Source of the DNA: Bacteroidota bacterium
GTDB taxonomy: Bacteria; Bacteroidota; Bacteroidia; Bacteroidales; PUMT01
DNA length: 64,000 nt
Assembly: GCA_003554865.1 (NCBI GenBank)
Contig: PWHJ01000089.1
Coordinates: 12,450-76,449, forward strand
Direction of reading: 5' to 3'
Positions 10,260 to 21,032 of the stretch are shown here, one piece after another. The translations under genes and the position numbers were made by a program. The notes beneath the pieces were generated by a model. That model searched no databases. It was given only the letters and a program-made list of their open reading frames with translations, and was not told where the DNA came from. Numbering within the stretch: the stretch's first letter is position 1; each line of letters opens with the position of its first letter.

Positions 10260-11486
10260 ATGTTAGGTAATCGTTTCCGAAATGGTTCAGTTTTTGCACT
10301 AATATTTATGCTGTTTGGCGGCATATTGACAAATGGTTATGCCCAGATAGATACACCTTATCCTGTAAACACAATGCCGGCACCATACTCCTCAGATATT
10401 TACCCCGATACCATATTTGTTTTTTGTGATTATCCCCTGGAGCTTACCGCTTCTTTTAACGGCAATTCCCGGTTATATAATTTCGAATGGTCGAATTTTA
10501 ACACCTCTACATTGTCCTACGATGTTTTTTTGGTTGAGAATGGGGAGACTTCAACTGTCCGTGACCTTGATCCCGGGGGTTACCGGGTCAGGATTACCGC
10601 AGGTGAAGATATAGACACTGTTTTCAGTGTGTGGGCTTTTGGAAATACTGTTCATGCTGAAAACTCAATTGGTCATGTAAGCTGTGGTGAACTTGCTTTA
10701 ACGGGAGAGGTTGAATGTAAAGATCTTGTCTTTTACCACCCTGAAACGAAGGAGGAACATTCAATTGAAAACGATTATTTTTTTGAGTGGACAGCCTCCC
10801 CTTATGCTGCAATACCGTATCCTTCAGAGGATTTAAATCCTGTAACGCATGATCCCCCTTACGAGGATACATGGTTTTATCTTACCTCAGAAGATAATTT
10901 TGGGTGTACTGCATCAGATTCGGTATTTTATGAAACCATTGAGGTAAAGGCCGATTTCGTTCCCGATCCCATTGAAGGTCCGGCACCGCTTGAGGTCAGT
11001 TTCACAAACAAAAGCATAAATGCAGCAGAATATCAGTGGTTTTTTGGAGAACCCGACGGATTCCAGGGTGTTCCAGATGAGACATCATTTGAACCAGTTC
11101 ACACATTTAAAGCACCTAGAGAATATTATGTCAGACTCAAAGCGTTCAGTGAGGCCGGGTGTGAAGATGAGTTCACATATCCCGATCCGGTTTATGTTCA
11201 TTATTCGAAATTAGAAGTGCCAAATGTTTTCACTCCCGACGGTGACGGTATAAATGATGTTTTTAAGGTGGATAGCCGCTCACTTAGGGAATTCCGCGGC
11301 TCCATATATAACCGTAACGGAAAGAAGGTTTTTGAATGGACAGACCCGGAAGAAGGATGGGACGGAACGGTTAACAGAGGTAAAAAAGCCTCACCCGGTG
11401 TCTATTTTTATATAATAAGGGGTCGCGGCTGGGACGGTGTTGAATATGAATATACCGGCTCTTTACACCTCTACAGGGGTGGATGA
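10260..11486 (+). CDS. Secreted PKD-domain protein with T9SS type-B (gliding-motility-associated) C-terminal sorting domain
   Basis: Signal peptide from ATG 10260 (MLGNRFRNGSVFALIFMLFGGILTNGYAQ). PKD-like GPAPLEVSFTNKS. C-terminal domain signature VPNVFTPDGDGINDVFKV. Confidence 0.85.
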   Translation: MLGNRFRNGSVFALIFMLFGGILTNGYAQIDTPYPVNTMPAPYSSDIYPDTIFVFCDYPLELTASFNGNSRLYNFEWSNFNTSTLSYDVFLVENGETSTVRDLDPGGYRVRITAGEDIDTVFSVWAFGNTVHAENSIGHVSCGELALTGEVECKDLVFYHPETKEEHSIENDYFFEWTASPYAAIPYPSEDLNPVTHDPPYEDTWFYLTSEDNFGCTASDSVFYETIEVKADFVPDPIEGPAPLEVSFTNKSINAAEYQWFFGEPDGFQGVPDETSFEPVHTFKAPREYYVRLKAFSEAGCEDEFTYPDPVYVHYSKLEVPNVFTPDGDGINDVFKVDSRSLREFRGSIYNRNGKKVFEWTDPEEGWDGTVNRGKKASPGVYFYIIRGRGWDGVEYEYTGSLHLYRGG

Positions 11487-11692
11487 TTTTTTGCAATTCC
11501 TTGATACACTTTTTTACAGTACATTCCAAATATTTGCGTCTTTTTTAATTATTTAACTCTCCCTTAACAAATTTTTAAGGTGAGGCTGGAAATAATTAAT
11601 TTTTTACCATCGTTTTTTATATGTAAAGAGTTGTATTATAAGCATATAGCTTATAAGGCAATTTTCATTAGGTAACATAAAAATCTTTTTTT

Positions 11693-12283
11693 ATGGTACA
11701 AAAAATGTTTTTTATCCTTATTTTATTGATTCCAATGAGCTTTACATTGTCATTTGCTCAGATTACAGTCACAGGAAAAGTAACATCAGCTGAAACCGGA
11801 GAACCTATTGAAGAAGCATCTGTGAAAATCAAGGGGCAACTCGAAGGGACACTTACCGACAGTACAGGTGCTTACATGATTGAGGCGCCTTCGCCGGAAA
11901 CGGTACTTGAATATTCAGCTGAAGGTAAAAAGTCAGAGCAAATAGAAGTAGGCACACAGGAAAAGATTGACGTTGAGCTGGAACCTCGATCAGAGGAGCC
12001 AGAACAGGGCCAGGAGATGGGTCAGGAGATGGACCAGATTACAATTGAAGGCACCGTTATTTGTGCTGAAACAGAAGAACCTCTTGAGGGCGTATCTGTT
12101 GCTGTACAGGATGAGTTAGAGCAAGCAGTTACTGATAGTGAAGGCGATTACGAAATTGAGGTGCAATCTGAGGAGTCTGTACTGGAGTTTCAGATCTTCG
12201 GAAGAGAAAGGAAAGAGGTGGTAGTTGATGATCAAAAAACCATCAATGTTGAGCTGGAACCGGAAAATTTAGATTCCCACTGA
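11693..12283 (+). CDS. Small secreted acidic protein made of two tandem CarboxypepD_reg-like domains
   Basis: Signal peptide ends in SFAQ. Two colinear repeats follow (ITVTGKVTSAETGEPIEEASVKIKG...IDVELEP and ITIEGTVICAETEEPLEGVSVAVQD...INVELEP), joined by an acidic QGQEMGQEM linker. Confidence 0.7.
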   Translation: MVQKMFFILILLIPMSFTLSFAQITVTGKVTSAETGEPIEEASVKIKGQLEGTLTDSTGAYMIEAPSPETVLEYSAEGKKSEQIEVGTQEKIDVELEPRSEEPEQGQEMGQEMDQITIEGTVICAETEEPLEGVSVAVQDELEQAVTDSEGDYEIEVQSEESVLEFQIFGRERKEVVVDDQKTINVELEPENLDSH

Positions 12284-12315
12284 GTTAAACTGTGGTGATT
12301 GAAAGAAAAAATGTT

Positions 12316-12345
12316 AAAAAAAGCTGCCAAAAGGCAGCTTTTTTT
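12316..12345. terminator. Bidirectional rho-independent terminator
   Basis: AAAAAAAGCTGCC-AAAA-GGCAGCTTTTTTT: a perfect 7-bp GC-rich stem flanked by an A-run and a T-run, between convergent genes. Confidence 0.85.
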
Positions 12346-12389
12346 GATACACCTGTGGCAGCTATGTGAACTGTGGGCTTGAAATATTA

Positions 12390-14546
12390 TTATTCCTCCT
12401 TCTGTTCTTCCTCGTAGGCCTTAAGCAGTTTCTCCTGAATATCCCCGGGTACTGCTTCGTATTTTGAAAGTTCCATGGTAAATGTTGCCCGCCCGTTGGT
12501 CAGCGAACTCAATGAAGTGGAATATTTACCCATTTCTGCCAGCGGCACTTTGGCTTTTATCCTTTCAAAACCTTTTTCGCTTGACATTCCTTCTATTGTT
12601 GCCCGCCTGCCTTGCAGGTCGCTCATTACGTCACCCATTTTTTCAGAGGGTACAAGCACCTCAACATTGTATATGGGCTCCAGGATTTTTGGGCCGGCGT
12701 TTTTGAAAGCATCCTTGAATGCACTCCGGCCTGCAATTTTAAATGATATCTCATTTGAGTCGACAGGGTGCATCTTCCCGTCATAAACTACAACCCTTAT
12801 GTCACGTGCATATGATCCGGTAAGAGGGCCTTCTTCCATTTTCTCCATAACACCTTTTAAAATGGCCGGCATAAAGCGCGAGTCTATGGCTCCTCCCACT
12901 ATGCAGTTGTAGAAAACCAGTTTCCCGCCCCATGGCAGATCGTGCTCTTCCTTGCCTCTTACCGAAACATTAATGTCTTTCCCGTTAATCTTATATTTTA
13001 CCGGGTCCGGAAGATTTTCAGAATAAGGCTCAATTATCATATGAACTTCACCAAACTGCCCGGCACCCCCTGATTGCTTTTTATGCCTGTAAGTTGCCTG
13101 GGCCGTTTTTGTTATGGTCTCGCGATATGGTATTTTGGGTGCGACAAACTCGGTTTCAACTTTAAAAATATTATCAAGGTGCCATTTAAGAATGTTAAGA
13201 TGGTATTCACCCTGCCCGTGAACTATTATTTGCTTTAGTTCTTTTGAGTATTCAATCAGAATGGTGGGGTCCTCCTCGTGCATTCTTGCAAGTGCCTCGC
13301 CAAGTTTTTCCTCATCCGATTCCGATTTGGCCTTTATGGCTATCCTGAATCTCGGCTCAGGGAATTCTATTGAAGGAAACATAAATTTTTTGTTTCCCCC
13401 GTAAAGTGTATGGTTTGTTTTGGTGCTTTTAAGCTTTACTGTTGCACCTATGTCTCCGGCTACCATCTTCGGGGTTTTTTTGCGGTTTTTCCCCGCTGTT
13501 ACCAGTATCTGTGACAATCTCTCCTTAGTGTCGGTCTGGGCGTTTACTATATCCATCCCTTCTGTAATTTCACCCGACATTACCTTGAAGTAATTGATTT
13601 CACCGATATGCTGCTCATATGATGTTTTAAAGACAAAAAGTGACGGTGGCAATGATGGATCGTATTTAACTTCTTCGCCTTCAGTTGTCTCGGGTGGATG
13701 GACTTCGTTTGGTGATGGTGCGCTTTCACAGATGAATTCCATCAAACGGTCGATTCCCATGTTCTTCTTTGCCGATGTACACAGAATCGGGAATATATTT
13801 CTTGTTTTGATTCCCATTTTTAGTCCCTTAATCATGTCTTCATCGCTAAGTGTTCCCTTGTCGAAAAAGACTTCCATAAGGGACTCATCGGTTTCTGCCG
13901 CTGCCTCAATAAGCTCACTTTTGAGATCTTCAACACGGTCTTTCTGGTCGGCGGGAATTTCTGTTATTTCTGCTTTTCCGCCGTCTGCAGGATAATTGTA
14001 AACAGCCTCTTTTAAAATATCTACGAATGAATTGAATTCGGGGCCGGCATTAATAGGATATTGGAGAATTACTGCTTTATTCCCGTAGCTTTGCTTTAGT
14101 GATTCGATGGTTTTTTCAAAATTGGCTTTGTCATGGTCCAGCTGATTTACAGCAAGTATCATCGGTTTATTAGATGATTCAAGATAGCGGCCCTGAATTT
14201 CTGTGCCAATTTCAAAGCCATTTTGACTGTTAATTAACATTAATGAACTGTCTGCCGGATATAACCCTGATATCAGTCCTCCGACAAAATCATCGAGCCC
14301 CGGTGAATCAATAATGTTGATTTTTTTATCTGCAAACTCTGAATACAAAACGGTTGCAAATACAGAGTTTTCGTTTTCATGCTCAATTTCATTGTTATCG
14401 GAAACGGTGTTTTTACTTTCTACTGAACCTCTTCTCTCGATAACACCCCCTCCAAAAAGCATGGCTTCAGCCAAAGTTGTCTTTCCCGACTTGGTGTTGC
14501 CGGCAATAACAATATTCCTAATTTGATCTGTATGATATGTGTTCAT
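12390..14546 (-). CDS. Elongation factor G paralog (EF-G2-like) with degenerate GTPase motifs
   Basis: 718 aa, colinear with EF-G through domains I-V (HPVDSNEISFKIAG, LEPIYNVEVLVP). G1 is AGNTKSGKTT, G3 is DSPGLDDF (Leu where the catalytic His sits), and G4 is NQLD. Confidence 0.9.
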   Translation of the reverse strand: MNTYHTDQIRNIVIAGNTKSGKTTLAEAMLFGGGVIERRGSVESKNTVSDNNEIEHENENSVFATVLYSEFADKKINIIDSPGLDDFVGGLISGLYPADSSLMLINSQNGFEIGTEIQGRYLESSNKPMILAVNQLDHDKANFEKTIESLKQSYGNKAVILQYPINAGPEFNSFVDILKEAVYNYPADGGKAEITEIPADQKDRVEDLKSELIEAAAETDESLMEVFFDKGTLSDEDMIKGLKMGIKTRNIFPILCTSAKKNMGIDRLMEFICESAPSPNEVHPPETTEGEEVKYDPSLPPSLFVFKTSYEQHIGEINYFKVMSGEITEGMDIVNAQTDTKERLSQILVTAGKNRKKTPKMVAGDIGATVKLKSTKTNHTLYGGNKKFMFPSIEFPEPRFRIAIKAKSESDEEKLGEALARMHEEDPTILIEYSKELKQIIVHGQGEYHLNILKWHLDNIFKVETEFVAPKIPYRETITKTAQATYRHKKQSGGAGQFGEVHMIIEPYSENLPDPVKYKINGKDINVSVRGKEEHDLPWGGKLVFYNCIVGGAIDSRFMPAILKGVMEKMEEGPLTGSYARDIRVVVYDGKMHPVDSNEISFKIAGRSAFKDAFKNAGPKILEPIYNVEVLVPSEKMGDVMSDLQGRRATIEGMSSEKGFERIKAKVPLAEMGKYSTSLSSLTNGRATFTMELSKYEAVPGDIQEKLLKAYEEEQKEE

Positions 14547-14658
14547 CTCTTACAGGTTAAAATTTTTATTATTTATAATTATTTTATATTTGCTGAATTA
14601 TTCTGGCTAACATGTTGGCTAGCGTGTTTATATGGCAAATTTTATAAAAAATTGTCAT

Positions 14659-14666
14659 CAAAAGTA
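14659..14666 (-). promoter_or_regulatory. Candidate -7 box TACTTTTG for the EF-G paralog
   Basis: The plus strand reads CAAAAGTA, which is TAnnTTTG on the minus strand. It lies 113 nt upstream of the 14546 start. Confidence 0.35.
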
Positions 14667-14806
14667 ATAATTTTTTAATAACATATCAATCACCAGCTTG
14701 CCGATCCTGCAAAAATCTTTTTTATCTTTTGGCCTTTTATAATTTATGAATGGTATGAGATTCAGAAATTATTATTGAATTTTTCTTGTTTTTTTAGAAA
14801 AAATTA

Positions 14807-14814
14807 TACCTTTG
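14807..14814 (+). promoter_or_regulatory. Candidate -7 box TACCTTTG for the str operon
   Basis: Matches TAnnTTTG, 46 nt upstream of the rpsL ATG. The identical octamer occurs upstream of hisS. Confidence 0.5.
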
Positions 14815-14859
14815 CACACCAATTTTGTTAAAAACTCAAGTAATTAAACAATAACGTTT

Positions 14860-15234
14860 ATGCCTACAATTCAGCAATTAATAAGGAAAGGGCGAACCAA
14901 AATTGAGGAGAAGAAGAAGGCTCCTGCATTGGATGCATGTCCCCAGAGGCGGGGGGTTTGTGTTCGTGTTTATACGACGACTCCCAAAAAGCCAAATTCC
15001 GCTATGAGGAAGGTTGCCAGGGTGAGACTGACAAACGGGAAAGAGGTGAATACATACATCCCCGGGGAAGGTCATAATCTTCAGGAGCACTCCATTGTTC
15101 TGATCAGAGGGGGGAGGGTTAAAGACCTGCCCGGTGTAAGATACCATCTTATACGAGGTGCTCTTGATAGTTCAGGGGTTGAGGGGCGCACCCAAAGACG
15201 CTCAAAATACGGAACCAAAAAACCAAAAAAATAA
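14860..15234 (+). CDS. rpsL: 30S ribosomal protein S12
   Basis: [12 protein letters not shown]...[11 protein letters not shown]...VRYHLIRG. Confidence 0.99.
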   Translation: MPTIQQLIRKGRTKIEEKKKAPALDACPQRRGVCVRVYTTTPKKPNSAMRKVARVRLTNGKEVNTYIPGEGHNLQEHSIVLIRGGRVKDLPGVRYHLIRGALDSSGVEGRTQRRSKYGTKKPKK

Positions 15235-15258
15235 TTTCAAATAGAAATTGCATCTTAA

Positions 15259-15735
15259 ATGAGAAAGTCAAAACCAAAAAAAAGAATTTTATTGCCGGAC
15301 CCAAAATACAACGATGTTGAAGTTACCCGGTTTGTTAACAATATGATGCATGACGGGAAGAAAAGTCTGGCTTTTAATATTTTCTACAAGGCGCTGGATA
15401 TTGTAGAGCAGAAAACAAAGAAAGAGGGGAAGTCTCCTTTGGAAGTTTGGAAGAAGGCGCTGGAGAATATAACACCTATGGTAGAGGTGAAGAGCAGAAG
15501 GGTTGGTGGTGCAACTTTTCAGGTGCCACAGGAGGTTCGTGCTGAGCGTAAGGTCTCGATCAGCATGAAAAATATGATACATTTTGCAGAGAAGCGTGCC
15601 GGTAAGACAATGGCAGAAAAGCTTGCTGCTGAAATAGTCGCCGCATACAACGAAGAGGGGGGCGCTTTCAAGAGAAAAGAGGAGATGCACAGGATGGCAG
15701 ATGCAAACAAGGCATTTGCGCATTTCAGGTTTTAA
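15259..15735 (+). CDS. rpsG: 30S ribosomal protein S7
   Basis: 158 aa. Conserved [14 protein letters not shown], and its position after rpsL. Confidence 0.98.
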   Translation: MRKSKPKKRILLPDPKYNDVEVTRFVNNMMHDGKKSLAFNIFYKALDIVEQKTKKEGKSPLEVWKKALENITPMVEVKSRRVGGATFQVPQEVRAERKVSISMKNMIHFAEKRAGKTMAEKLAAEIVAAYNEEGGAFKRKEEMHRMADANKAFAHFRF

Positions 15736-15776
15736 TAATTTGTTGAATATTGTAAATATAGAGAGGCGGCAGCCAA

Positions 15777-17885
15777 ATGAGCAGTGATTTGAGATATACG
15801 AGAAATATTGGCATCATGGCCCACATTGATGCAGGAAAGACTACAACCACGGAGAGAATGCTCTATTATACGGGGATTACTCACCGGATGGGGGAAGTCG
15901 ATGATGGTGCTGCTACGATGGATTGGATGGTGCAGGAACAGGAAAGGGGAATTACGATTACTTCTGCCGCTATAACTACTTTTTGGAAACACGGTGGGGA
16001 TGATTATAAAATAAATATAATAGATACCCCCGGTCATGTTGATTTTACAGTCGAGGTTGAAAGAGCTTTAAGGGTTCTTGACGGGGCTGTTGCAGTTTTT
16101 TGTGCGGTAGGTGGTGTAGAGCCCCAATCTGAAACAGTATGGCGCCAGGCCGACAAGTATAAAGTACCGAGGATTGGGTTTGTCAATAAAATGGATCGCA
16201 GCGGGGCTGATTTTTACAATGTGGTAGCCCAGATAAAAGATAAGCTTGGGGCTAATCCCGTGCCTCTTCAAATACCTGTCGGTGCCGAAGATAGCTTCAA
16301 AGGCGTGATAGATCTGATTGAAATGAAGGCGATCACATGGTATGAAGACGACAAATTTGGAACCAATTATGAATTGTCGGACATACCTTCGGAATATTTA
16401 TCTGAAGCCCAACAATACAGGGCTAAGCTGATAGAGTCGGTAGCCGAATGTGATGATACCGTTCTTGAAAAATTTTTCGAAGACCCTGAGTCAATAACAC
16501 AGGAGCAATTATTTGATGCCATAAGAAAAGCCACCTTGACCATGACAATAATTCCGGTTATGTGTGGTGCTGCATTTAAAAACAAAGGAATACAGAGACT
16601 GTTGGATGCAATTGTCAGGTACCTGCCCAGTCCGGCTGATGTTGAGTCAGTAAAAGGGATAAATCCCAAAAACAACGAAGAGATAGAACGCAGGCCTCTT
16701 GAATCCGAGCCTCTTTCTGCCCTTGCTTTTAAAATTGCAACTGATCCTTACGCGGGTCGTTTGGTTTTTTTAAGAGTTTACAGCGGAGTGATACAATCAT
16801 CTGCACATGTGCTCAATATCAGGTCCGGGAAAAAGGAGAGGGTGACAAGGCTTTACCAGATGCGTTCAAACAAGCAGCTTCCGAAAGAAAAAGTGGGTGC
16901 CGGTGATATCTGCGCAATTGTCGGGCCTAAAGATCTGCGTACCGGCGATACGTTATGTGATGATAAAAGTCCCATTCTTCTGGAGTCAATGATTTTCCCT
17001 GAACCGGTTCTTGGCGTTGCTGTTGAACCTAAAACACAGGAGGATGTGGATCGTTTGGGAATGGCCCTTGCCAAGCTGGCGGAAGAAGATCCGACATTTA
17101 AAGTGCAATACGATGAAAGTTCGGGGCAAACCATAATAAATGGTATGGGCGAGCTGCATCTTGAAGTAATAATGGACAGATTAAAGCGTGAGTTTAAAGT
17201 GGAATGTAATCAAGGTGCTCCGCAGGTTGCATATAAAGAGGCAATTTCTGCAGAGGTTGAACACAGGGAAGTGTTCAAGAAACAAACCGGAGGACGTGGT
17301 AAATTTGCGGATATTCAATTCAGGATTTCGCCTGCCGACGAGGGTGTTACCGGCCTGCAGTTTATCGACGAAGTAAAAGGAGGCAATATTCCAAAGGAAT
17401 TTATACCTGCTGTGGAAAAAGGATTCCGTGAATCAATGGACAACGGGAATCTGGCAGGCTATCCGCTGGACAACATGAAAGTGGTGTTGATTGACGGGAC
17501 GCACCATCCGGTGGACTCCGATGCATTATCATTTGAAATAGCTGCAAAGCAAGCTTTCAGGAAAATATATGAAAAGACCAGGCCCTATTTGATGGAGCCG
17601 GTTATGAGTGTTGAGGTAGTTACTCCCGAAGAGTACATGGGAGATGTAATATCCGACTTCAATAAACGCAGGGGGCTGATAGAAGGAATGGAAAACAAGG
17701 CCGGGGCCAGGGTTATAAAGGCAAAGGTTCCCCTGGCAGAATTGTTTGGCTATGTAACCGATTTACGTACTATAACCTCGGGGCGTGCAACTTCTACTAT
17801 GGAATTTTCGCATTATGAAAAAGTTCCCCCTGAGGTTTCAAAAAAAATCCTGGAATCAACCAAGGGAGTGAAGAATACTGTATAA
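15777..17885 (+). CDS. fusA: Elongation factor G (canonical)
   Basis: Canonical motifs: G1 AHIDAGKTT, switch I ERGITI, G3 DTPGHVDF, G4 NKMD. 702 aa, in the str operon position. Confidence 0.99.
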   Translation: MSSDLRYTRNIGIMAHIDAGKTTTTERMLYYTGITHRMGEVDDGAATMDWMVQEQERGITITSAAITTFWKHGGDDYKINIIDTPGHVDFTVEVERALRVLDGAVAVFCAVGGVEPQSETVWRQADKYKVPRIGFVNKMDRSGADFYNVVAQIKDKLGANPVPLQIPVGAEDSFKGVIDLIEMKAITWYEDDKFGTNYELSDIPSEYLSEAQQYRAKLIESVAECDDTVLEKFFEDPESITQEQLFDAIRKATLTMTIIPVMCGAAFKNKGIQRLLDAIVRYLPSPADVESVKGINPKNNEEIERRPLESEPLSALAFKIATDPYAGRLVFLRVYSGVIQSSAHVLNIRSGKKERVTRLYQMRSNKQLPKEKVGAGDICAIVGPKDLRTGDTLCDDKSPILLESMIFPEPVLGVAVEPKTQEDVDRLGMALAKLAEEDPTFKVQYDESSGQTIINGMGELHLEVIMDRLKREFKVECNQGAPQVAYKEAISAEVEHREVFKKQTGGRGKFADIQFRISPADEGVTGLQFIDEVKGGNIPKEFIPAVEKGFRESMDNGNLAGYPLDNMKVVLIDGTHHPVDSDALSFEIAAKQAFRKIYEKTRPYLMEPVMSVEVVTPEEYMGDVISDFNKRRGLIEGMENKAGARVIKAKVPLAELFGYVTDLRTITSGRATSTMEFSHYEKVPPEVSKKILESTKGVKNTV

Positions 17886-17895
17886 AACAAATAAA

Positions 17896-18201
17896 ATGAG
17901 CCAGAAAATCAGAATAAAGCTGAAGTCTTACGACCATAACCTGGTGGACAAATCGACCGAAAAAATAGTAAAAACTGTGAAACCGACCGGGGCTATAGTT
18001 AGCGGTCCCATTCCGCTCCCCACTCATAAGCGTATATTTACGGTTTTACGTTCGCCTTTTGTAAATAAAAAAGCAAGAGAGCAATTTGAGCTGAATTCAT
18101 ACAAGCGCTTGCTGGATATATACAGTTCGACACCCAAGACTATTGATGCACTGATGAAATTGGAGTTGCCAAGCGGTGTTGAAGTTGAAATTAAAGTATA
18201 A
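17896..18201 (+). CDS. rpsJ: 30S ribosomal protein S10
   Basis: 101 aa. [14 protein letters not shown]...SGPIPLPT. Confidence 0.98.
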   Translation: MSQKIRIKLKSYDHNLVDKSTEKIVKTVKPTGAIVSGPIPLPTHKRIFTVLRSPFVNKKAREQFELNSYKRLLDIYSSTPKTIDALMKLELPSGVEVEIKV

Positions 18202-18219
18202 TTGAAAATATAATAAGAG

Positions 18220-18837
18220 ATGCCCGGATTAATTGGAAAAAAGAAAGGAATGACCTCACTTTTTACCGAAGATGGAAAAAGTATCCCGTGCACGGTTATT
18301 GAAGCGGGGCCTTGTGTTGTAACTCAGGTAAAGACTGCCGGGAAGGATGGTTACGATGCCGTGCAGCTGGCTTTTGACGATAAAAGAGAAAAAAGTTGTA
18401 CAAAGCCGTTACTTGGACATTTTAAGAAAGCAAACTCCGGCCCGAAGAATAAACTCGCCGAATTTAAGGGGTTCAAGGAAGATCTGAAGCCCGGTGATGT
18501 TTTGACTGTTGATTTTTTTAAAAATGATACCTGGCTTGACATAACCGGTATTTCAAAAGGAAAGGGTTTTCAGGGAGTAGTTAAAAGACACGGATTTTCA
18601 GGAGTAGGTGAGGCCACACATGGTCAGCATGACAGGGAGCGTGCACCGGGTGCAATCGGAATGTCTTCTGATCCGTCAAGGGTTTTCAAGGGCATGCGCA
18701 TGGCAGGCCGTACCGGTGGAAAAAGAGTTATGATGATATCGCTTAGGGTAGTAAAGATCATACCCGAAAAGAATGTATTAATTGTAGCCGGGTCTGTACC
18801 CGGATCAAAAGGTTCATATTTAACAATTGAGCAATAA
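18220..18837 (+). CDS. rplC: 50S ribosomal protein L3
   Basis: [10 protein letters not shown]...[13 protein letters not shown]. Confidence 0.98.
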   Translation: MPGLIGKKKGMTSLFTEDGKSIPCTVIEAGPCVVTQVKTAGKDGYDAVQLAFDDKREKSCTKPLLGHFKKANSGPKNKLAEFKGFKEDLKPGDVLTVDFFKNDTWLDITGISKGKGFQGVVKRHGFSGVGEATHGQHDRERAPGAIGMSSDPSRVFKGMRMAGRTGGKRVMMISLRVVKIIPEKNVLIVAGSVPGSKGSYLTIEQ

Positions 18838-19466
18838 TGGAATTAACGGTATACAATATCAACGGAGAAGATACAGGCAGGAAGGTAAGCCTGAATGAAA
18901 GCGTATTCGGAATAGAACCGAATGATCATGCCATTTATTTGGATGTGAAACGCTACATGGCCAATAAAAGGCAGGGAACAAGCAAAGTAAAAGAACGAGG
19001 AGAGGTTTCAGGCAGCACAAAAAAAATAAAAAGGCAAAAAGGTACGGGTACGGCCAGGGCAGGTGATATTAAATCCCCTATTTTCAGGGGAGGAGGTCGT
19101 GTTTTCGGTCCCCGGCCGCGTGATTACAGCTTCAAGCTGAACAAGAAGGTAAAACAGCTTGCAAGAAAGTCGGCTCTTTCCTATAAGATTAAGGATAAAA
19201 GTATTGTTGTAGTTGAAGATTTTCAGTTTGACGAGCCAAAGACAAAAAAATATCATTCAATTATTGATAATCTAAAAATAAATAAAAGGTCTCTTTTGGT
19301 TTTACCTGAACAAAATAAAAATATATATTTGTCCTCGCGAAATTTCCCGGGGTCAGAAGTGATAACAACCTCAGAGTTAGCAACATATCATATTATGAAT
19401 ACGCCGGTTCTGATGTTTAGTGAAAGTGCAATTGACATTCTGGATAAATCATTAAGCAATAAGTAA
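18837..19466 (+). CDS. rplD: 50S ribosomal protein L4
   Basis: [28 protein letters not shown]. Confidence 0.98.
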   Translation: MELTVYNINGEDTGRKVSLNESVFGIEPNDHAIYLDVKRYMANKRQGTSKVKERGEVSGSTKKIKRQKGTGTARAGDIKSPIFRGGGRVFGPRPRDYSFKLNKKVKQLARKSALSYKIKDKSIVVVEDFQFDEPKTKKYHSIIDNLKINKRSLLVLPEQNKNIYLSSRNFPGSEVITTSELATYHIMNTPVLMFSESAIDILDKSLSNK

Positions 19467-19473
19467 TAAATAA

Positions 19474-19770
19474 ATGACAATGGATATTTTAATAAAACCG
19501 ATAGTGACTGAAAAAATGACCGATTTGGGCGATAGGCTCAACTGTTACGGTTTTATAGTGGATAAAAAGGCCAATAAAATCCAAATAAAAAGAGCAGTGG
19601 AGGAGATGTACGGGGTTACCGTTGAGTCGGTCAATACCATGCGTTACGGTGGAAAAACCAAGGCACGCTACACACGTACTGGTATAATCTCGGGGAAGAC
19701 CAGCTCATACAAAAAAGCTATCGTTACATTACCGGAAGGAGAAACCATAGATTTTTACAGCAATATATAA
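19474..19770 (+). CDS. rplW: 50S ribosomal protein L23
   Basis: 98 aa. ILIKPIVTEK...KKAIVTL, and operon position. Confidence 0.96.
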   Translation: MTMDILIKPIVTEKMTDLGDRLNCYGFIVDKKANKIQIKRAVEEMYGVTVESVNTMRYGGKTKARYTRTGIISGKTSSYKKAIVTLPEGETIDFYSNI

Positions 19771-19781
19771 GTTAGAAAAAA

Positions 19782-20612
19782 ATGGCAGTTAAAAAACTAA
19801 AACCTGTTACACCGGGTCAGAGATACAAAATAAAATCAACGTTTGAAGGCATAACAACTGATAAGCCCGAAAAGTCACTCCTGGCTCCCATCAATAAGTC
19901 AGGTGGAAGGAATAACCAGGGCAGGATGACTTTGCGTTATATGGGAGGCGGTCATAAGAGAAGGTACAGGATCATCGATTTTAAAAGGGACAAGGATGGG
20001 ATGCCGGCGGTAGTAAAGACAATAGAGTACGATCCTAATCGCTCTTCCCGCATTGCCCTTGTTGTATATTCAGACGGTGAAAAAAGATATATTATAGCTC
20101 CAGCCGGGTTAAAGGTAGGTCAAACAATAAGGTCCGGCAAAAATATCGCCCCGGAAATTGGCAATACTATGTTTTTGTCAGATATACCACTTGGTACCGT
20201 TATTCACAACATAGAGCTTAAGCCTGGCAAGGGTGCTGCAATGGCAAGAAGTGCAGGCTCTTACGCACAGTTAACTTCAAGGGAAGGCAAGTATGCTTCT
20301 GTTAAGTTGCCTTCGGGTGAGATAAGGATGGTACTTGTTACATGCCGGGCTACTATAGGAACTGTTTCAAATCCGGATCATTCCCTTGAAGTATCAGGAA
20401 AAGCCGGAAGAAAGAGGTGGCTGGGACGCAGGCCCAGGGTACGTGGAGTTGCTATGAATCCCATAGATCACCCCATGGGTGGAGGTGAAGGCCGTGCTTC
20501 AGGCGGACTTCCACGTTCCCGTACAGGTTTGCCGGCTAAGGGGTATAAAACACGCTCCAAGAAAAAAGCTTCAGATAAATATATAGTTCAAAGAAAGAAG
20601 AAGAAAAAGTAA
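19782..20612 (+). CDS. rplB: 50S ribosomal protein L2
   Basis: [15 protein letters not shown]...[13 protein letters not shown]. Confidence 0.99.
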   Translation: MAVKKLKPVTPGQRYKIKSTFEGITTDKPEKSLLAPINKSGGRNNQGRMTLRYMGGGHKRRYRIIDFKRDKDGMPAVVKTIEYDPNRSSRIALVVYSDGEKRYIIAPAGLKVGQTIRSGKNIAPEIGNTMFLSDIPLGTVIHNIELKPGKGAAMARSAGSYAQLTSREGKYASVKLPSGEIRMVLVTCRATIGTVSNPDHSLEVSGKAGRKRWLGRRPRVRGVAMNPIDHPMGGGEGRASGGLPRSRTGLPAKGYKTRSKKKASDKYIVQRKKKKK

Positions 20613-20639
20613 AAATTAAATAAAACTAATTGAGTTGTT

Positions 20640-20906
20640 ATGAGCCGTTCATTAAAAAAAGGCCCGTTTATAGATTATAAGTTGGAAAAGAGGGTGTTGG
20701 AACTTAACGATAGCGGTAAAAAGAAGGTAATTAAAACCTGGTCGCGGCGTTCTGTTATATCTCCTGATTTTGTCGGACATACAATAGCCGTTCATAATGG
20801 CAACAAATTTATTCCTGTATATATTACAGAAAATATGGTTGGCCATAAGCTTGGCGAGTTTTCCCCGACACGAATTTTCCGGGGCCACGGAGGTAAAAAG
20901 AGATAG
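20640..20906 (+). CDS. rpsS: 30S ribosomal protein S19
   Basis: [12 protein letters not shown]...[23 protein letters not shown]. Confidence 0.99.
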   Translation: MSRSLKKGPFIDYKLEKRVLELNDSGKKKVIKTWSRRSVISPDFVGHTIAVHNGNKFIPVYITENMVGHKLGEFSPTRIFRGHGGKKR

Positions 20907-21032
20907 CTATGCCAGCCGGCTGACTTGTAAACATACAGCGGTCATCTTGAGTTTTACAACTGTGTATTACCTGAATAACAGCTCAAAATTTGATTTGACA
21001 AACAAAAAGATATAAAATAATTATCAGTCAAA

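Noticed and set aside
15736-17895. tuf is absent after fusA, and adk is absent between secY and map.
   Set aside because: This is the normal Bacteroidota arrangement (tuf lies with secE-nusG elsewhere), not a deletion or rearrangement.
20797-21015. A 72-aa + strand ORF spanning the rpsS 3' end and the rpsS-rplV spacer.
   Set aside because: It runs out of frame through conserved rpsS codons, has no recognisable motif, and has an atypical composition. I treat the spacer as non-coding.
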